Of a stretch of DNA of 64,000 nucleotides, positions 37,768 to 47,522 are shown one piece after another. Location: sequence record NC_023693.1. One strand, 5' to 3'. Positions within the stretch are counted from its first letter, which is position 1; each line of letters starts with the position of its first letter. The notes under the pieces are model-generated. The model searched no databases, had not been told where the DNA came from, and worked only from the letters and a program-made list of their open reading frames with translations. The DNA comes from Escherichia phage phi92. The position numbers and the translations under genes were made by a program.

Positions 37768-38340
37768 TTATTTGCTAATGATTTGAATCTTATTTACAAC
37801 ACGGTTTATTGCCAGTGAAGCCCTAGGCTCCGCAATACCTGTTGCATAGATATAAGGATGACCTTTTGGAGACTCCCTCATACCGAATGAACCTAATTCT
37901 AAACCATATTCATCCTCTACGTCAACCCCAATATTAGTGGGTACTAAATATGTTTTAACTCCATAATAAGTAGAGAAGAAACAGCGCATAGAGTTAGCAT
38001 ACTCTTCAATTGTAGCATCAGGGTAGAACTCAATCAACTCCAATTTCAAGAAAATATTAAAATGGGTATCATCTAAATTTTCTTCTGTGCGGTAACATGG
38101 TGTTAGTGCCATATACGGATTACCTGCTGCAAATTCAAAACCATCCTTCTCCATTTGCAGGAAAGATTGTTCTGCACTAGCTACATAGTATTTACCGTTA
38201 GGATGCCCTAATGGGCGATCCTCTTTATTTTCTGGTAGTGTATACGCCAGTATATCAGCATCCACGAGATATGGAACTTCTAACATTTGTGCAAATCGAC
38301 CATAGTAATCAATAGCTTGAGCTATTACTGCAACATTCAT
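37768..38340 (-). CDS. hypothetical protein
   Basis: 190 aa ORF. Confidence 0.4.
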   Translation of the reverse strand: MNVAVIAQAIDYYGRFAQMLEVPYLVDADILAYTLPENKEDRPLGHPNGKYYVASAEQSFLQMEKDGFEFAAGNPYMALTPCYRTEENLDDTHFNIFLKLELIEFYPDATIEEYANSMRCFFSTYYGVKTYLVPTNIGVDVEDEYGLELGSFGMRESPKGHPYIYATGIAEPRASLAINRVVNKIQIISK

Positions 38341-38588
38341 GATCGACCTCCATTGCGGAATGCACGTTTAGTAATGTTTGACATAGTGATCAAATCTTGA
38401 AGCGTCATACCAGGAAAATGCTGTTCAAGAACACCTTCAACAGCGCCTACAATATCTGATAACTCAATAAGTTGCATCAGCTTGCAATCTTGATCAATAG
38501 CATCTTGAAGTTCATAAAGCTCTTCTTGAATCTTAGCAATAGAACCGTATTTCTCTTTGCTAATCTCCTTCAAATGATACCCTGCCAC
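38337..38588 (-). CDS. MazG-like nucleotide pyrophosphohydrolase (all-alpha NTP-PPase) candidate
   Basis: 83 aa; acidic helical motifs IQEELYELQDA and ELSDIVGAVEGVLE. Confidence 0.35.
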   Translation of the reverse strand: MAGYHLKEISKEKYGSIAKIQEELYELQDAIDQDCKLMQLIELSDIVGAVEGVLEQHFPGMTLQDLITMSNITKRAFRNGGRS

Positions 38589-38598
38589 TTTAACCCCC

Positions 38599-41373
38599 TT
38601 AGTTTACCAGTTTATTTATATCGGGTAAAAGATTTATTTCACCTAAAAAATCACCTTCACCTTCCTCTAACCAACTCTCATATGCTTGTGCATGATTATA
38701 GTTACCATCAAAAGAATCTGCAACAAATTTTTCTACAGTTTTTCGAGATGTGCCAGCGCCAAATACACCAAGTTTAATACCATTGATCGGTAAAGTGGTG
38801 CTTGTTGGTACTTTCTCTGTTGCAACACGGTTGATATCTATAATCTCCTGTACGGTTGTGTTCCATTGTAAGCATTTAACACAACGGGTATGCGCTACAT
38901 ACAGTAGGTTTCGCTCTGCCTCTTCCAGTCCTACCCATTCACCAGTCTTTTTATCATAGTTGGAAGGAAAATCATTAGCAACAATAACCTGATCCCACTC
39001 CAAACCTTTAGACTTGTGTGCTGTAGTCAGTGTGACTTTTGCTGTAGGAGAATTTCTATGCGTTCTAAGTGTATGTGCTATAGTGTTCGCCTTACCAGAA
39101 ACTACGATGTTTAACAAGCGTTTAGCATCTGGATCAGCCTCTGCACACTCAACAAATTCATTCCAATCTGCGTAAGGTAATACAGTTTCATGTTTTACTT
39201 TCTCAATATCTCCTCTCCGAAGAGCATTAACACTATCTACCATAGAGATAAAATCCCTGGTATCTACGTTAATAATAATTTCTTCCCCATTTGCAATACG
39301 ATCCATTGCCTCCATAAGCAAGGTTAAATTCTTGCGAAAGATGATAGTGTAAGGTTTTGTATAGTCTACAACATCTGATTTGTAGCTACCTACTACAGTA
39401 TCAAAGCCTTTACCAACCAAAGGATGACGCAAAGGTTCTTTATCGCTTAAAATCATATTGGCAATGTTTGCCACTTTGGGGCCAAAACGGAAGCAAGCAG
39501 TTAATGGAAGCTCTGCCCCATACTTAGCTGTTTCAATCATCATATTAGAGCTACCTCTAAATTGATAAATGCAGTTGTGGCTAAGAATTTCATTGCCAAA
39601 GAAGTTAGCAGTATCCTCTACTTCAATATCATAATAGATACCCTCACTATCTACAATGTCCACAATCTCTTCTGCCGTTACAGTATCACCATCTTTTACC
39701 AACACAGACATGCCTTTAAACAAACCCGCTGCCGGAATTAAGTTATATTTGGCAGTGTCTACAGAGGACATGCATTCTTTTAAAGATGCAAACGGAACTA
39801 TTTCAAGGATCTTTTGTGCAAAACTCAATGCTTCACGATAAGAATTGAAATACTTACGTACACGGTAACGACCTTCCAATTTAGCAACACTTACGCTTAC
39901 ACCTGCTTTAATGAGTGAAGCATAGATCGGCATTTCACTTTCTGTCCACTCAAAACTGACTTGTGTTCCTTTACAACCTTGTGCTCGCAAAGTCACTGTT
40001 AACATTTTTCTTTCATCTACTGCACAATTGATGCTGTGCCAATGTGGATAAGCAAAATGATAGTCTTTATCCTCTAAAAGTTTAAAACCATTCTGTCCGA
40101 ATTGTTCAAAGATGTTATTGATCCTTTCTTGATTAATGCCGCGTGAACTTGCTTCAAATACACAAGTAGGAATGCCATATTGTAAACTGTATGCCATTTC
40201 TTTTTCCATAGCAGCTTCGCGATTTTCAACAATGTCCAACACCCATAATTTCTGTGCTTTTTCAGAACGTGTACGTTGCCCCAGTTTAGAAAAACCTTCT
40301 TTATCATCGAATTTGTTAGTGATCCCTACTCGGAAACCTAAATCTTTCCTCCACATTAGGTATACCACCATCTGGTCATCTTTCAGAACATAGGATGAAG
40401 CCCAAATACGATGGTTATGTGTCATATCTAAAGTTTTACCTGTAGCAGTAATAATATTCCTACCTTTTGTACGTGTAGATAAAGTTTTATTTGTTACTTT
40501 TCTAAATGTAACTTTACCATTAGAATAAGACTCTACCTTATCACCGATTTGCAGGTCTTTCATTGTAACCTGACCATTCTCGGTGTTAAGTACCGTGTTT
40601 TCCGACACACATTGGAATTCATCGCCCACTACCACAATTTGTTTTGCAGATTTAGCATTTCGCAGAATAGACAAGAATGCAGGGTTAACATCCTGGAATT
40701 CATCACCAAAAATAATATCATAACCAAGATCAGCACCAGACAATTCAAACAATTTTACATAGGTGTCATGCGTCATCAAAGTATCTGTATTAGGATCAAT
40801 GCGCTCTCGCCACAATTGTTTTGCATACTTAACTACTTCTGTAATTAGTTTGTGTTCGTTAATACCTTTTCTTTTAATATCTGCAAGATGTACACTAGGA
40901 AAATGTTTACGGCTGATAAAAGGATCATCCGAAAATTCAAACTTACCTACGGTTTGCTTGATCATTAAACCGATCATAGCACGAGTTAAAAGTGTTTTCC
41001 CTCGTTTATCAATAAGATTATTAATCTTAAATTTCTTTGCTATCTCGCTACCTGTACCTGCAACGTTAACATACTGTCCTTCTGGTCGTGACAGTTTTGC
41101 ACGTAAACGATGATCCAGGAATTGATAGCAAATAGAATGCAATGTACGGCATTCTACATTTAGTGGCATCTTACGTCGTGCTTCTTCTGCCATGCTTTTA
41201 TTGAAAGCTAAGTAAAGAATGCGATCTTCTGTACTGTTAGCCAGCAAATAAAGTGTTGACGTTTTGCCTGATCCAGATTTAGCTTGGATAGTTAAAAAGC
41301 GATGGTCTGGAAAAGCCTCCTTAATAGCTGTTTGCTCTTCTGTTGGAGTGAAGCTCAAATCTTTCTTAGCCAT
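38599..41373 (-). CDS. UvrD/Rep-like SF1 DNA helicase interrupted by an intein
   Basis: Walker A AKSGSGKT, motif II GDEFQDVN, motif III split as VVGDEFQ / CIYQFRGSS; start set to ATG (MAKKDL) with RBS agagagg. Confidence 0.75.
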   Translation of the reverse strand: MAKKDLSFTPTEEQTAIKEAFPDHRFLTIQAKSGSGKTSTLYLLANSTEDRILYLAFNKSMAEEARRKMPLNVECRTLHSICYQFLDHRLRAKLSRPEGQYVNVAGTGSEIAKKFKINNLIDKRGKTLLTRAMIGLMIKQTVGKFEFSDDPFISRKHFPSVHLADIKRKGINEHKLITEVVKYAKQLWRERIDPNTDTLMTHDTYVKLFELSGADLGYDIIFGDEFQDVNPAFLSILRNAKSAKQIVVVGDEFQCVSENTVLNTENGQVTMKDLQIGDKVESYSNGKVTFRKVTNKTLSTRTKGRNIITATGKTLDMTHNHRIWASSYVLKDDQMVVYLMWRKDLGFRVGITNKFDDKEGFSKLGQRTRSEKAQKLWVLDIVENREAAMEKEMAYSLQYGIPTCVFEASSRGINQERINNIFEQFGQNGFKLLEDKDYHFAYPHWHSINCAVDERKMLTVTLRAQGCKGTQVSFEWTESEMPIYASLIKAGVSVSVAKLEGRYRVRKYFNSYREALSFAQKILEIVPFASLKECMSSVDTAKYNLIPAAGLFKGMSVLVKDGDTVTAEEIVDIVDSEGIYYDIEVEDTANFFGNEILSHNCIYQFRGSSNMMIETAKYGAELPLTACFRFGPKVANIANMILSDKEPLRHPLVGKGFDTVVGSYKSDVVDYTKPYTIIFRKNLTLLMEAMDRIANGEEIIINVDTRDFISMVDSVNALRRGDIEKVKHETVLPYADWNEFVECAEADPDAKRLLNIVVSGKANTIAHTLRTHRNSPTAKVTLTTAHKSKGLEWDQVIVANDFPSNYDKKTGEWVGLEEAERNLLYVAHTRCVKCLQWNTTVQEIIDINRVATEKVPTSTTLPINGIKLGVFGAGTSRKTVEKFVADSFDGNYNHAQAYESWLEEGEGDFLGEINLLPDINKLVN
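39574..40611 (-). other. intein (about 346 aa) inside helicase motif III
   Basis: Begins CVSENTVLNTENGQVT right after GDEFQ, ends ...NEILSHN directly before CIYQFRG. Confidence 0.6.
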
Positions 41374-41374
41374 T

Positions 41375-41851
41375 TCAACCTCTCTTAATTTGTTTAACAA
41401 GCATAGGAACAAAATCTCGTTTTAAAATTTGTTCAATAATATGATCAGGTAGCTGTTGGAAATTATAATTAAAAGCTACTGTCTCACCTTTAGGTGTTTC
41501 TACCCGCACATATAACATGTTACGAAGTTTATCCACTTGTGCTGTATATTCTAAACCATGTAATTGATGTATTGCAAACATCAAATCGTCAGTTTCAGTT
41601 TGGAATCTATCACTTCCTTGCATCAAGGACAAGGTAAAAGGTAGATTTTCCCTAAGAGCCACCTTCTTAGGCACTAGTGAAGGGAAATACTCCCCAATAA
41701 CTTCCTGTGTAAGCTGAATACACTCTTTTTCAAGCTGGTTTTGTTCCTTGAGTTCACAAACACTTTTTTGTAAAGTGTTAACCTCTTTTTGCAAAGCTGC
41801 TAGTTGAGCACTTAACTTTCTTTTTTGATTACGACCAAAACGTTTAGACAT
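41375..41851 (-). CDS. hypothetical protein
   Basis: 158 aa ORF, N-terminal coiled coil. Confidence 0.4.
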   Translation of the reverse strand: MSKRFGRNQKRKLSAQLAALQKEVNTLQKSVCELKEQNQLEKECIQLTQEVIGEYFPSLVPKKVALRENLPFTLSLMQGSDRFQTETDDLMFAIHQLHGLEYTAQVDKLRNMLYVRVETPKGETVAFNYNFQQLPDHIIEQILKRDFVPMLVKQIKRG

Positions 41852-41859
41852 ATTTCCCC

Positions 41860-42375
41860 CTAGTAAAACCCCTTAACAATTTGTATTAACTCGGCACAAC
41901 GGTTGACCAACTTTTCCTCATACAATACACGTTGTGGCATATGTTGTATAATATACTCCATTTGCTCATGCCATGTCCACTTTTCTTTTTTGTCTGGGAT
42001 AACATCACTAGCACGAGAATTATCTTTTAATGTTTGTATAATCCAATTGCTTGGAAAGTGCTCTCCACCTTTCTTAAATGGTTTATAGTGGCCTAGAGTA
42101 AATTGAGAATCCCCTGTTAGAGCACCCAATTTATTTAGATGGATAATCAAACTACGAAACACGTAGTATTCATAGATGTTATCCACCGTATAGCAAGCAT
42201 AATATTTCAAGATGCCCTTATCTCGCGGATACTTACCAACATCCAGATTGCACCAGTTGACATTTTCTGGATCATAGTGGTGTTCCTTAAGCCATATTTC
42301 TCTTTCATCAAAGTCTGGATATATTACCGCCCTGCTTACAGAGTCAACAAGTGGAGATTGAGCATCAAAAAACAT
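41860..42375 (-). CDS. hypothetical protein
   Basis: 171 aa ORF. Confidence 0.4.
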   Translation of the reverse strand: MFFDAQSPLVDSVSRAVIYPDFDEREIWLKEHHYDPENVNWCNLDVGKYPRDKGILKYYACYTVDNIYEYYVFRSLIIHLNKLGALTGDSQFTLGHYKPFKKGGEHFPSNWIIQTLKDNSRASDVIPDKKEKWTWHEQMEYIIQHMPQRVLYEEKLVNRCAELIQIVKGFY

Positions 42376-42397
42376 TATATTTTTCCTTATTGGTTTA

Positions 42398-42763
42398 TTA
42401 AACGTTTTCTAAATCTTTTAAGGCATTACCCAACGTTAGAACAATAACATCGTTTGCTGCCTCTTCCCCATTGATATTGGTGAAATTTGGTGTGACAAAA
42501 GTAACCATATAAAACTCGTCCACCTGGAAGACAGCAATAACACCATCCATCTTAACATCTTGACGAAAGGAAAAACCAATCATCTTCTCTTGCAAAGGCA
42601 TATCCCCTTCCTTCATTACTGCCAGGGAGTCTTCAGGAATGTTATATTTATCTGCTCCGATGTAGATGTATGTAATGTTATCTTTATCGTGATGATACAG
42701 GGTTGCTTTTTCCATATCTAAACCTGACAGATCAAATACGTTAATTTCTTGTATAGTCTTCAT
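42398..42763 (-). CDS. hypothetical protein
   Basis: Start set to internal ATG (MKTIQEINVF) preceded by RBS gggagga. Confidence 0.4.
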   Translation of the reverse strand: MKTIQEINVFDLSGLDMEKATLYHHDKDNITYIYIGADKYNIPEDSLAVMKEGDMPLQEKMIGFSFRQDVKMDGVIAVFQVDEFYMVTFVTPNFTNINGEEAANDVIVLTLGNALKDLENV

Positions 42764-43127
42764 AAATATCCTCCCAAATCCAATAATCATCTGTGTAAGT
42801 AGGATGCCTTTTATCCCACTCTGTTCTAGCCCAAGCAACCGCTGCTACCAACACATCACCATGACAAGGTTGAGGTGCGCAGAAGCAAACTAAGTCTTTC
42901 CCTTCTAATTCTAACAAATCCTCAAGAGTGATTTTACCACAACGAATTTGCTCCCACAACCACTCTTTATATCTTTGTATAGTTGATCCTCGTGGTTCAT
43001 CATCCTTTAACTTAAAAGGATTTGCAAACTTTGAGGCTTTTAACCCCATATGAGGCATAGCTCTGCCAATGTACACTGCACCTTCAGGTATTACTTTACC
43101 TAAGTGGTAAAAATTTAATACTTTCAT
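42741..43127 (-). CDS. DUF4326-like protein
   Basis: Start set to MKVLNFYHL; conserved KDLVCFCAPQPCHGDVL block. Confidence 0.4.
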   Translation of the reverse strand: MKVLNFYHLGKVIPEGAVYIGRAMPHMGLKASKFANPFKLKDDEPRGSTIQRYKEWLWEQIRCGKITLEDLLELEGKDLVCFCAPQPCHGDVLVAAVAWARTEWDKRHPTYTDDYWIWEDIYEDYTRN

Positions 43128-43128
43128 A

Positions 43129-43479
43129 TTAACCCAAACACATCTGTGCAATCAAGCCTTGTATAAATTTATTAGCTTCTTTACTGTCGTAGTCAGTCTC
43201 TTCTGGATATCCATCTTCATCGTACACAACTGTACCTTCAATATACCCTGCCTCAATTAAGGCGCGGATCATATCAAATTGCCAGCATGAATTACCAAAT
43301 GGACGTTTACCATTAAAACACTCTTCTTCTCTCCATAACGTAGAGAGTAGTTGTCGGAAATATTCCCGTACAGTGACAGTACCAAGATCTGAATCCTCAA
43401 ACATAACATCCAAGGCATCAGGATTGCTTTTCTCTACATAAGGAATATATTTAACACCATTAATAGTTACATCAAGCAT
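43129..43479 (-). CDS. hypothetical protein
   Basis: 116 aa ORF. Confidence 0.4.
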   Translation of the reverse strand: MLDVTINGVKYIPYVEKSNPDALDVMFEDSDLGTVTVREYFRQLLSTLWREEECFNGKRPFGNSCWQFDMIRALIEAGYIEGTVVYDEDGYPEETDYDSKEANKFIQGLIAQMCLG

Positions 43480-43842
43480 TTATTTCTCCTTATCATCATA
43501 TTCTAGGAACATATCTGCACGATATGCTTTACGCTCTTCAAACTTAGCAGGATCTACAACAATAAGCAATACAAGGTTAACATCTAAATACTTCTTAACA
43601 AATAGAAATAAATCTTTTCCACAGTTAAAACCTACACCAGTATAGGCATCCCCATATTGATCTACTGATTTAATCTTCTTACTAACCGTACATTCTATGC
43701 TATTCTTTTCTTCTTGGTATAAGGCTTTTCCACCCCAATATGTAAAGAATTTAGTACCGTCAGCACCAAGTTTAAAACCTTCTGTTGCATGTCCAGCAAA
43801 TGAAAGTAAACATAACCAAGTGATCATCAGGTACTTTAGCAT
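43480..43842 (-). CDS. secreted protein
   Basis: Start set to MLKYLMITWLCLLSFAGHA (signal peptide) with RBS gggtgg. Confidence 0.4.
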   Translation of the reverse strand: MLKYLMITWLCLLSFAGHATEGFKLGADGTKFFTYWGGKALYQEEKNSIECTVSKKIKSVDQYGDAYTGVGFNCGKDLFLFVKKYLDVNLVLLIVVDPAKFEERKAYRADMFLEYDDKEK

Positions 43843-43843
43843 T

Positions 43844-44326
43844 TTAACCACCCAATTGCAAATGTTTAGAAAGAACAATATCCCACTGATCACCACAACC
43901 GTTATCTATGCGGAACATAATGTACGTATCATCTTCTTCTACGACATACCGTACCTCATAGGAATTACAACAGCCTTCCCAATTTTTAACGGCTTCTGGT
44001 GTATGATGTGTAAGAATTTCATTACCATCATATGACCAAAACAAAGGGGTAAGGTTTTCGAACGTCAGTGAAGTAGGGTTTACTTCATCTTTAACTGCTT
44101 CCTCATATTCTTTGTGTGTTTGTACTGCTTTAGTTAGTGTACTCATGTTTATCTCCTTTTCTCCTTCTTGACTACGGAGGATAGCGAACTCTCTAAACTC
44201 CACCTCACGCCATGTTTTTAGGTAGTGCTTTATAATTTGATCAACATCTGCCTGTTCAACATTACTTTTCAAGCAATAGTAATCATGGTCTTCGCCCATT
44301 CTACCCCATATGCTATACATTGTCAT
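43844..44326 (-). CDS. hypothetical protein
   Basis: 160 aa ORF. Confidence 0.4.
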   Translation of the reverse strand: MTMYSIWGRMGEDHDYYCLKSNVEQADVDQIIKHYLKTWREVEFREFAILRSQEGEKEINMSTLTKAVQTHKEYEEAVKDEVNPTSLTFENLTPLFWSYDGNEILTHHTPEAVKNWEGCCNSYEVRYVVEEDDTYIMFRIDNGCGDQWDIVLSKHLQLGG

Positions 44327-44594
44327 CTGATTGATCCTTTACATTGTTCTTGGCATACACAGGAATAACATCATTGTGATCTTTATTACTTTCATCTGTT
44401 AAAGCCCAAAACAATTTACCTGCTGGATGTTTAAAGATGTAAGCAATAGGTTCCTCTTCCTGTGCTTCTTTACTACGGATGCCATCCCGCCAGGCAAGCC
44501 AAGTGTAGATCATCATCTCTTGACGTTCTTCTTCATTAGGCCACAGATGTGGTAGAAAGTTTTTATCAAACCATTGCTTAAACTCTTCAGTCAT
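44313..44594 (-). CDS. hypothetical protein
   Basis: 93 aa ORF. Confidence 0.35.
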   Translation of the reverse strand: MTEEFKQWFDKNFLPHLWPNEEERQEMMIYTWLAWRDGIRSKEAQEEEPIAYIFKHPAGKLFWALTDESNKDHNDVIPVYAKNNVKDQSDDNV

Positions 44595-44604
44595 AATCTA
44601 CTCC

Positions 44605-44769
44605 TTAGCGTACAAAATTAACTTCTGCTTCTTTCAGCTTTGACACTTCTACATAACCACCATGATCATCTTTAATCCATTCTTTTCCTTTACGGATGAT
44701 AACAGGGTAGGTAGAGTGAGTAAGTTTAGGTACAGATCTTTTTGTTTTAGTGATAGAAATATTTTGCAT
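44605..44769 (-). CDS. small hypothetical protein (54 aa)
   Basis: ATG preceded by RBS aaggag; basic peptide MQNISITKTKRSVPK...; below track size cut-off. Confidence 0.4.
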   Translation of the reverse strand: MQNISITKTKRSVPKLTHSTYPVIIRKGKEWIKDDHGGYVEVSKLKEAEVNFVR

Positions 44770-44888
44770 AGTAATCTCCTTAGTAAATTTTACATAGAGT
44801 CTAGATTATTTAGTAGATAGAGTCAATAACTAATTACTGTTAGATCTGTATTTTGTCTTCCATACACGATGGTAAACTTCAACAGGTT

Positions 44889-45095
44889 CTAACTTCCAAT
44901 GTTCAGGACTAGTTCAGGACAATATCTACAAAAGAGAAATAGATAGATAACTAAGACAGGTATTAAATAGTAAAATGGTATACGCTCATAACCATACTTA
45001 CGAGATAACATGTAGACATATAGATAGGGTATAACAATTAATCCTATAACTATAAGTAAGAAGAGAAGTATAAACTTTAGTGTAGTAATATCCAT
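44889..45095 (-). CDS. small membrane protein
   Basis: 68 aa with two hydrophobic helices. Confidence 0.35.
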   Translation of the reverse strand: MDITTLKFILLFLLIVIGLIVIPYLYVYMLSRKYGYERIPFYYLIPVLVIYLFLFCRYCPELVLNIGS

Positions 45096-45259
45096 AGCAT
45101 TCTCCTATACAGTAATATACTCTGTTCCTGCCCCTCCATGAGTGACAGGAACAATATCTATAGAGAATACTAACTCGCTTCGCTCGTCACCTTTCAGGTT
45201 TAGGGTAGCATGTTTTTCTGAAAAAGTCAATACTCTCCACAAAACTTTACAAAATACTT

Positions 45260-45532
45260 TTACATAGGTACAACAGAGTCTGTTTTGAAGTCGTACATAT
45301 GATTTACACCTGTGATTTTTGACATAGAGATTGCACGTTTAGCACCTGCAATTACCTGGTCTGTCTTCTTAATCTCTTCACGGAACTTACGTACAGTTAA
45401 AGAGAAGAAACGATGATCCATCCATTGACGATTCACACGATCACGCTTGAAGTGACGGAAATCTTCAATCTGTTTATTGCGCAATCGGCGCAGTACATGT
45501 AATAGTTGATAGTAAGGGTGTTTATTTTTCAT
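45260..45532 (-). CDS. hypothetical protein
   Basis: 90 aa basic ORF. Confidence 0.35.
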   Translation of the reverse strand: MKNKHPYYQLLHVLRRLRNKQIEDFRHFKRDRVNRQWMDHRFFSLTVRKFREEIKKTDQVIAGAKRAISMSKITGVNHMYDFKTDSVVPM

Positions 45533-45535
45533 AAT

Positions 45536-45964
45536 TTATTCTCCAAATCGAAAATCGTCAATATCATCAAACCATACACAATGGCGAGTCCTTTCTTTTT
45601 CTGTTGCAGACATTGTTTCAACAGCTTTAGGACTAAGCACAACAGGAATGTAACGAACAGGTCGTTCATAATAGTAGCCATACTTTTCTGTATTAGCTGC
45701 CTCAAAGACTTTACGGCGTTCTTCAAGATCTTCTATGGTGAATCCTACCATATAACCATCATATTTGCTACCCCATCCTTCCTCACTTTCAACAATTGGA
45801 GTATAAAAGCCGTTACGCGTCTCTGGCGCTGGTTTTTCTTGAGTCTGAAGGCAAGCCTCCCATCCTGCTTTAAAGACGTTATAGAGCGATTTACGCACGT
45901 TATGAGTGCCGCTTTCACTTGCTGGATAGAGTTCATTAAATTTGTCTTGAATTTGTTGTGTCAT
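45536..45964 (-). CDS. hypothetical protein
   Basis: 142 aa ORF. Confidence 0.4.
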   Translation of the reverse strand: MTQQIQDKFNELYPASESGTHNVRKSLYNVFKAGWEACLQTQEKPAPETRNGFYTPIVESEEGWGSKYDGYMVGFTIEDLEERRKVFEAANTEKYGYYYERPVRYIPVVLSPKAVETMSATEKERTRHCVWFDDIDDFRFGE

Positions 45965-46107
45965 ACTCGCCCCTTAGTGATTATTTGACCAGCTAAACAA
46001 ATAGCTTGTAGTACAGTAAAGAAGTAGCCTAATTTTACACTACCTAGTACCCAGAATGCAATGTTTGCAAACAAACAAAAAGTAATATTAAGTTTAAAGA
46101 ATAACAT

Positions 46108-46308
46108 TTAATCCCCTTCATATTTAGGTAAAGGCATATATGCCACAATAGGAGGGTAATCAAAGTGAAAATGATGGTTCACCACAATAATCTTACCAGA
46201 CATACTTTTATGCACTTCACAATACCCTTTTTCACCATCTTCCATTACCACCACATACTCACCTAGTGGAATATCGTATGGATCTTCTACTTTTACCCAT
46301 CCTGTCAT
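46108..46308 (-). CDS. hypothetical protein
   Basis: 66 aa ORF. Confidence 0.35.
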   Translation of the reverse strand: MTGWVKVEDPYDIPLGEYVVVMEDGEKGYCEVHKSMSGKIIVVNHHFHFDYPPIVAYMPLPKYEGD

Positions 46309-46472
46309 TTTGTAAACTCCTCATAGTAAGGTAAAGCCTTGATCAGTTGTTCTGAAGTGCCATTTTGCACCCACGTAACACCATTGTCAACAGAAACATA
46401 CCCTTTTTTGTCAATAAATTTACGCAGACAGCCAGTGAACTTATTTTTGTAGATAACCATGTTTACTCCTTG

Positions 46473-46829
46473 TTACATCCACAGATTATGGAAATACTTA
46501 GCAAACAAAATGCGACCTTCTAAACGATCTTGCCGCTGTTTTTCATTAACTTCTTCTGGTGGAGTTGAATCCTTAAAAGAGGACTCCATTTTTTCAAGAA
46601 TTTCTAGCCAGTGTTCTGCTGCTCGTTCTTCCATATAAGGTAGATAGTCACCTTTAGCGTGTGGGTACATCCGACGAAGTAACCCACTAGGAATTTTAAC
46701 ATTGTTTGTGGCTATCACTTTTGCACGATATGCAGAAAGTGCATTGTAAATCAGTTTACTTAGTGTCACATCTAGATCAAGAAGATCACTCTCTTCAAAT
46801 TGAATTTCATCGTGTACAATTTTCATCAT
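46473..46829 (-). CDS. hypothetical protein
   Basis: 118 aa ORF. Confidence 0.4.
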   Translation of the reverse strand: MMKIVHDEIQFEESDLLDLDVTLSKLIYNALSAYRAKVIATNNVKIPSGLLRRMYPHAKGDYLPYMEERAAEHWLEILEKMESSFKDSTPPEEVNEKQRQDRLEGRILFAKYFHNLWM

Positions 46830-47110
46830 GCCTTCTCCCGATCTGCGTCTAATTTCAACAAGAAAGCTGTATACTCTTCCGAGCCTTGGTGTAAAAACAT
46901 GCGATAAGAGCTTACCAGTTTCTTCGTTGTTGTATAACGTTCCATTTCCCCAACAACACCCCCACCCAGTGTGTAGAGCACAACACCCTCAAACCCAACA
47001 TGAGTTACTACTTCAACCAAATCTGTGTTATCTCAATGGTAGTTAGGTGACACAATAAGATCGCCAACTGCCAGTTTAATGTTTGCTGCTTCGTCTTGTG
47101 AATAGTACAT
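46826..47110 (-). CDS. hypothetical protein interrupted by an in-frame TGA (readthrough, recoding or pseudogene)
   Basis: ATG at 47110 with strong RBS gaggag; 25 codons, TGA at 47033-47035, then 94 further in-frame codons with no RBS of their own. Confidence 0.4.
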
Positions 47111-47122
47111 TTTGTTCTCCTC

Positions 47123-47413
47123 TCACATTAAGACACGTTTTGTATCAATGGGGGCATTGTCGAACATGTTTATCACTTTGTCAAGTTTGTGTATTAACTC
47201 GTTCGTAATGTTCCACTCTTTGTATGATCTCCATTGTTTCTTATTCTCACCTACCTGGTGTAAAACTTTGATTGGTGCATTCAAACGTACATTGCGTTCT
47301 TTGTCCTCTTCAAAAGAGGCTAACCATTTTTCGTTATGCCCATGAACAGCAATAATAATGCCAAAACCATCAAAAGTTTCTGTAATATTCTTAGTTGCTA
47401 GTGTGATGTTCAT
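47123..47413 (-). CDS. hypothetical protein
   Basis: 96 aa ORF with RBS agagg; first gene of the - strand block. Confidence 0.4.
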   Translation of the reverse strand: MNITLATKNITETFDGFGIIIAVHGHNEKWLASFEEDKERNVRLNAPIKVLHQVGENKKQWRSYKEWNITNELIHKLDKVINMFDNAPIDTKRVLM

Positions 47414-47473
47414 ATCTAACCTCTTTTGTTACGATGCACACAGAGTACCAGAAATTAATTTCAGATCAAGTAT

Positions 47474-47502
47474 TGACATACTGTTTTATTGTGCTAATCT
47501 TA
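47474..47502 (+). promoter_or_regulatory. sigma70-like promoter in divergent intergenic region
   Basis: TTGACA at 47474-47479 followed by AT-rich -10 candidates; region 47414-47522 separates divergent gene blocks. Confidence 0.35.
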
Positions 47503-47522
47503 ATGCATACACAAATGAGAGG

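Noticed and set aside
46826-47110. Selenocysteine recoding at the in-frame TGA
   Set aside because: No convincing SECIS-like hairpin could be recognised by eye immediately downstream and no selenoprotein family is apparent; left as readthrough-or-pseudogene without claiming Sec.
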